From Lama guanicoe (Eukaryota), in the NCBI GenBank assembly GCA_013239625.1, contig MU055008.1, positions 1,849,357 to 1,913,356 on the forward strand: a stretch of 64,000 bases of DNA. The letters are read 5' to 3'. Positions 60,810 to 64,000 of the stretch are shown piece by piece. Each line of letters opens with the position of its first letter. Positions within the stretch are counted from its first letter, which is position 1. The notes under the pieces are model-generated. The model had not been told where the DNA came from, ran no database searches, and worked only from the letters and a program-made list of their open reading frames with translations. The position numbers and the translations under genes were made by a program.

Positions 60810-60925
60810 GGTTTGATGGTTACCCCCATTCACAGAAAGGAACACTGAGGCTAAGGCAGGGGATGATAACTTGTCCACACAAGTGGAGAAGCAGGTTCCA
60901 GACTCGGGACTGTCTGCTCTCTCCG
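60810..60925 (-). mobile_element. MIR
   Basis: 'cccccattcacagaaaggaacactgaggct...aacttgtcca'. Confidence 0.65.
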
Positions 60926-62709
60926 CCTCCCCCTTTCTCTCCATCTTCCCATACTTCCTTTTATTCTCTCAGAAGGGTTTTTTTTTTTTTTTAGCACAAA
61001 GATAAACAGTGACTGTTTACCCAATGAGAGGCTTAGTAGCTTTCCTCTCTCATGCCCAGTGCGTGAGCAGGTGCAGGCAGGAAACTGGATACAGGCAGGT
61101 GTTCTCTGCTTGGAGTCCTGTGCACACAGCGCCTGTGGGGACCCGGGCATTGCGAGGACTGGCTTGTGGGCAGGTGAAGAGGGTGAGGAGCCCATGTTTC
61201 CCCAGGGCCCTGGTGACGTGAGGACGAGGAGAGGGCAGACACACGGGGCGGGGGGGGGGCGCCACGGCACAGCTGGTGGTTCCTGTGCAGATTCTCCTGC
61301 CTGATCTTTCATTTTTTGTCAACTCCTTTCAAGGGTGGTGGGAAAAGCAGGGCCTTAGGTTTCTAGCCTGATCCCATGGATGTTAACACGTGAGGCTGGC
61401 ATCAGCGAGTTAACCCTCCCTGGGCATCGCTTTCCTCACCCTTCAACAGAGATTGCAGTGCCTGCGTGTGGGCTCTTGGGGATACTAAGCTGGTAACAAA
61501 GGTTAAGTGCCCAGGACGACGCTGGCAGCCACCGACCAAAGCACACGTAGGTCTCCTGCCTTGGGGACATTTGATTTTAATTATTAATGTTTTAGCATGT
61601 ATATTTTCAACAAAGTCATCTATTTTTGTGTTCAAAAGATGGAAGCTTCTCCATCCTTCTGGAGACAGAGAGATCGGTTCCATGTGGCTATTGTCTCCTT
61701 TATTTGACATGAAAGATGGAGAAACATTGCTTTTTCCAGAATTTTTGAGATGGAAAGATTGTGTGTGTGTGTGTGTTTATAAATCTGTATATGTGGAAAA
61801 GCTTAAAAAAAAGAAAAGAGGAAGGATTTTAGGTTTTCTAACTTCTCCATTTTTCAGAACTTGAACTCTTTTGGCCTTTCTTGGATTAGCTACTCCTTCA
61901 AGGATCCCAGTAGAACCTAATTGGGGAATGAAAATCTGTGCGATGGACTTTAAAAAAGAATTGGGTTTCCTATTGGCATCTTTCCAGAGACCCCACAGCA
62001 CTTCCTTAATAACATTAAAGACTGAGTGTCGCGACTGTGTCCAGGTTCCCTAGCAGACAAGGCGATGATCTAGGGTGAGGCGTGGCCTCCGCTGGTCATT
62101 TTCTGTTTCAGAGGTGGGGTGTCCATCCCGTCCCAGGCTGCCCTCCCGGCCTGAACTCGGTCCACATAGTTAATGGGTCAAAGGGGGCGGTATGGGGTTG
62201 ACAAGACTTGTAGGTCTCTGCACACTCGTGGTGACTTTGCCGCCATGTCATCACAGCAGGCGAGAGAGTGCGCTGTTCGGACAGGTTCAGAAACCAGAGT
62301 GCTGCCCTCAGTGTGGTGGAAGGCTGGGCGCACGGCCACCACATCCCCTTGCAGAGCCTTGGCGTTGCCAGTTCTGTTGGTCCCAGAGAGGACACCCGTG
62401 GAGCTGACGTCACCAGACTTCCAGCTCAGGATTATAAGCTGCTGTCCTCCGAGATCTTACAGCCAACGCAGGTGGGCCAGACACCATGAAACAGCTCTCC
62501 CCGTGGGATTGTGCCACGGGCCAGGCGGGATTAGGTGATTATTGTAAGACTATGGGAATCCGAGGAGGGAGAACTCGAGGGCTGTTCCCGGGAAGGCTCC
62601 TGGGTAAGGCTGTGGACAGCTGAGATCTGAAGGGGGAAAGGGTCTGGAAAGGAAGGGAAAAGAGAGAGAGTTCCCATCCCAGAAACCTGTAGAGGGAGAA
62701 GTAGTGAGG

Positions 62710-62840
62710 GGGGCTGTGGACCAGACCCCGGGGACCTGGTTTCCAGTCCCACCTCGTCCCTTGAGCTAGCTGAGTGAGCCTGGCCAGTCACTCAGTCTTT
62801 CATGGCCTGCTTCTTCATCTGCAAAACTGGAACACTGAGG
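62710..62840 (+). mobile_element. MIR
   Basis: 'ctagctgagtgagcctggccagtcactcagtct...cttcatctgcaaaactgg'. Confidence 0.65.
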
Positions 62841-62846
62841 TGTATA

Positions 62847-63301
62847 CAGGCACATCTTGGACAGACTGCGGGTTCAGTTCCAACCACCATGATAAAGCCA
62901 ATATCACAAAAATGCAGGTCACACAAATTCCGGAGGGTCCCGATGCATGTAAAAATTACATTTACACTTTACCGTAGTCTGTTCAGTGTGCAATAGATTT
63001 ATGTCTAAAAAAAAATCTACATACCTTAATTCAAAAATACTTTATTGCTAAAAATGGCAGCCCTCATCTGAACCTTTAGTGAGTAGTAATCTTTTTGCAG
63101 TCTTGAAGATGACTGATCACAGATCACCATAAAAAATAGAATGATCATGAAAAAGTTTGAAATATTTCGAGAATTACCAAAATGTGACACAGAGACAAGA
63201 AGTGAGCAAATCCTGTTGGAAAAATGGTGCCCATAGACTTGGCTCCAGGCCACAAACTTTCATTTAAAAAAAAAATGCAATATCTGCCTGCAAAGCACAA
63301 T
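62847..63301 (+). mobile_element. Tigger1 internal-deletion derivative (TcMar)
   Basis: TA followed by CAGGCA.. left end 'tgcgggttcagttcc..accac..ataaagc'; right region 'aaagtttgaaatatttcgagaattaccaaaatgtgacacagagac'; right TIR not seen. Confidence 0.88.
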
Positions 63302-63319
63302 GGTATCACAAGTTCTGCT

Positions 63320-63828
63320 GGTACCCCAAATACTCGAAAACAGGGACTCAAACACTCACACATGAATGCTCACAGCAGCAGTCATTCACGATGGCCAAAA
63401 GGTGGAAACAACCCGAAGTCCATCAGTGAACAGAGTACACAAAACGTGGTATCCCACACAATGGAATATTACTCAGCTATAACAAGAAACGAAGTTCTGA
63501 TGCATGCTCCCATGTGGGCAAAGTGAGAGTGACAGACACAAAGGACCATGCAGTGTATGACTCCAGATTCTGGCACTATCTAGAGGAGGTAAAAATGCAT
63601 AGGAACAGAGAGCAAGCTGCGGGTTGCCAGGGGCTGGGTGGAGGGAAGAGTGGGGGCGGCTGTCTGCTGGGTGTGGGGTCTTCCTGGGGATGACATGCTT
63701 TGGAACGGGGTAGATCCATGCACAACATCATGAAGGGACCAGATGCCACTGACTTGTTTACTTTAAAATGGTTACATTTTATATTGCGTGAACTTCACCT
63801 CAATGATAACAAATAAAAGAAGGAAAAA
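63320..63828 (+). mobile_element. L1MB-like 3' end
   Basis: 'ccaaaaggtggaaacaaccc...acaatggaatattactcagc...ttgccaggggctggg...actttaaaatggtt...tcacctcaat'. Confidence 0.9.
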
Positions 63829-64000
63829 GTGGTGTATTGTACTAAATCTGAGCGTTTCCAACTTCGCTCTGAAGCCTGAAGAGCTCGGTGGAGAGGCCTT
63901 GGGTGCCCGCACAGGTGAGTGCGGGGTTCACCCGCATGTCCTCTCTCCCTTTCCACCAGCACAGTTCTGCGTTCAGTGTTTCATGCCTTGATTCCATGGA

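Overview
Eutherian mammal genomic DNA, most likely a camelid (camel/llama/alpaca). It carries four copies of a tRNA-Ala-derived SINE with a '...ataaataaacctaattacctcccc' tail that I recognise as the camelid vic-1 type, and I saw no Alu, Bov-tA, CHR or PRE-1 SINEs. The window is non-coding (intergenic or deep intronic) and fairly GC-rich. It is a patchwork of L1 fragments, MLT1/MaLR and ERV1 solo LTRs, MIR/L2 relics, hAT and Tigger DNA-transposon fossils, microsatellites and four assembly gaps. The only ORFs with recognisable homology are L1 fragments; I could not identify a host gene and I see no demonstrably new biological system. Best leads: two 5'-inverted (twin-primed) L1 insertions with target-site duplications; a + strand set of a CpG-island/TATA promoter candidate, two exon candidates and an AG|GTAAGT recursive-splice-like site; a MIR that has become extremely CpG-rich; a MER53 hairpin resembling miR-1302; and an orphan 108-bp insert inside a MER20. 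Repeat family names come from my recollection of consensus sequences, and repeat boundaries are approximate (about +/-20 bp).
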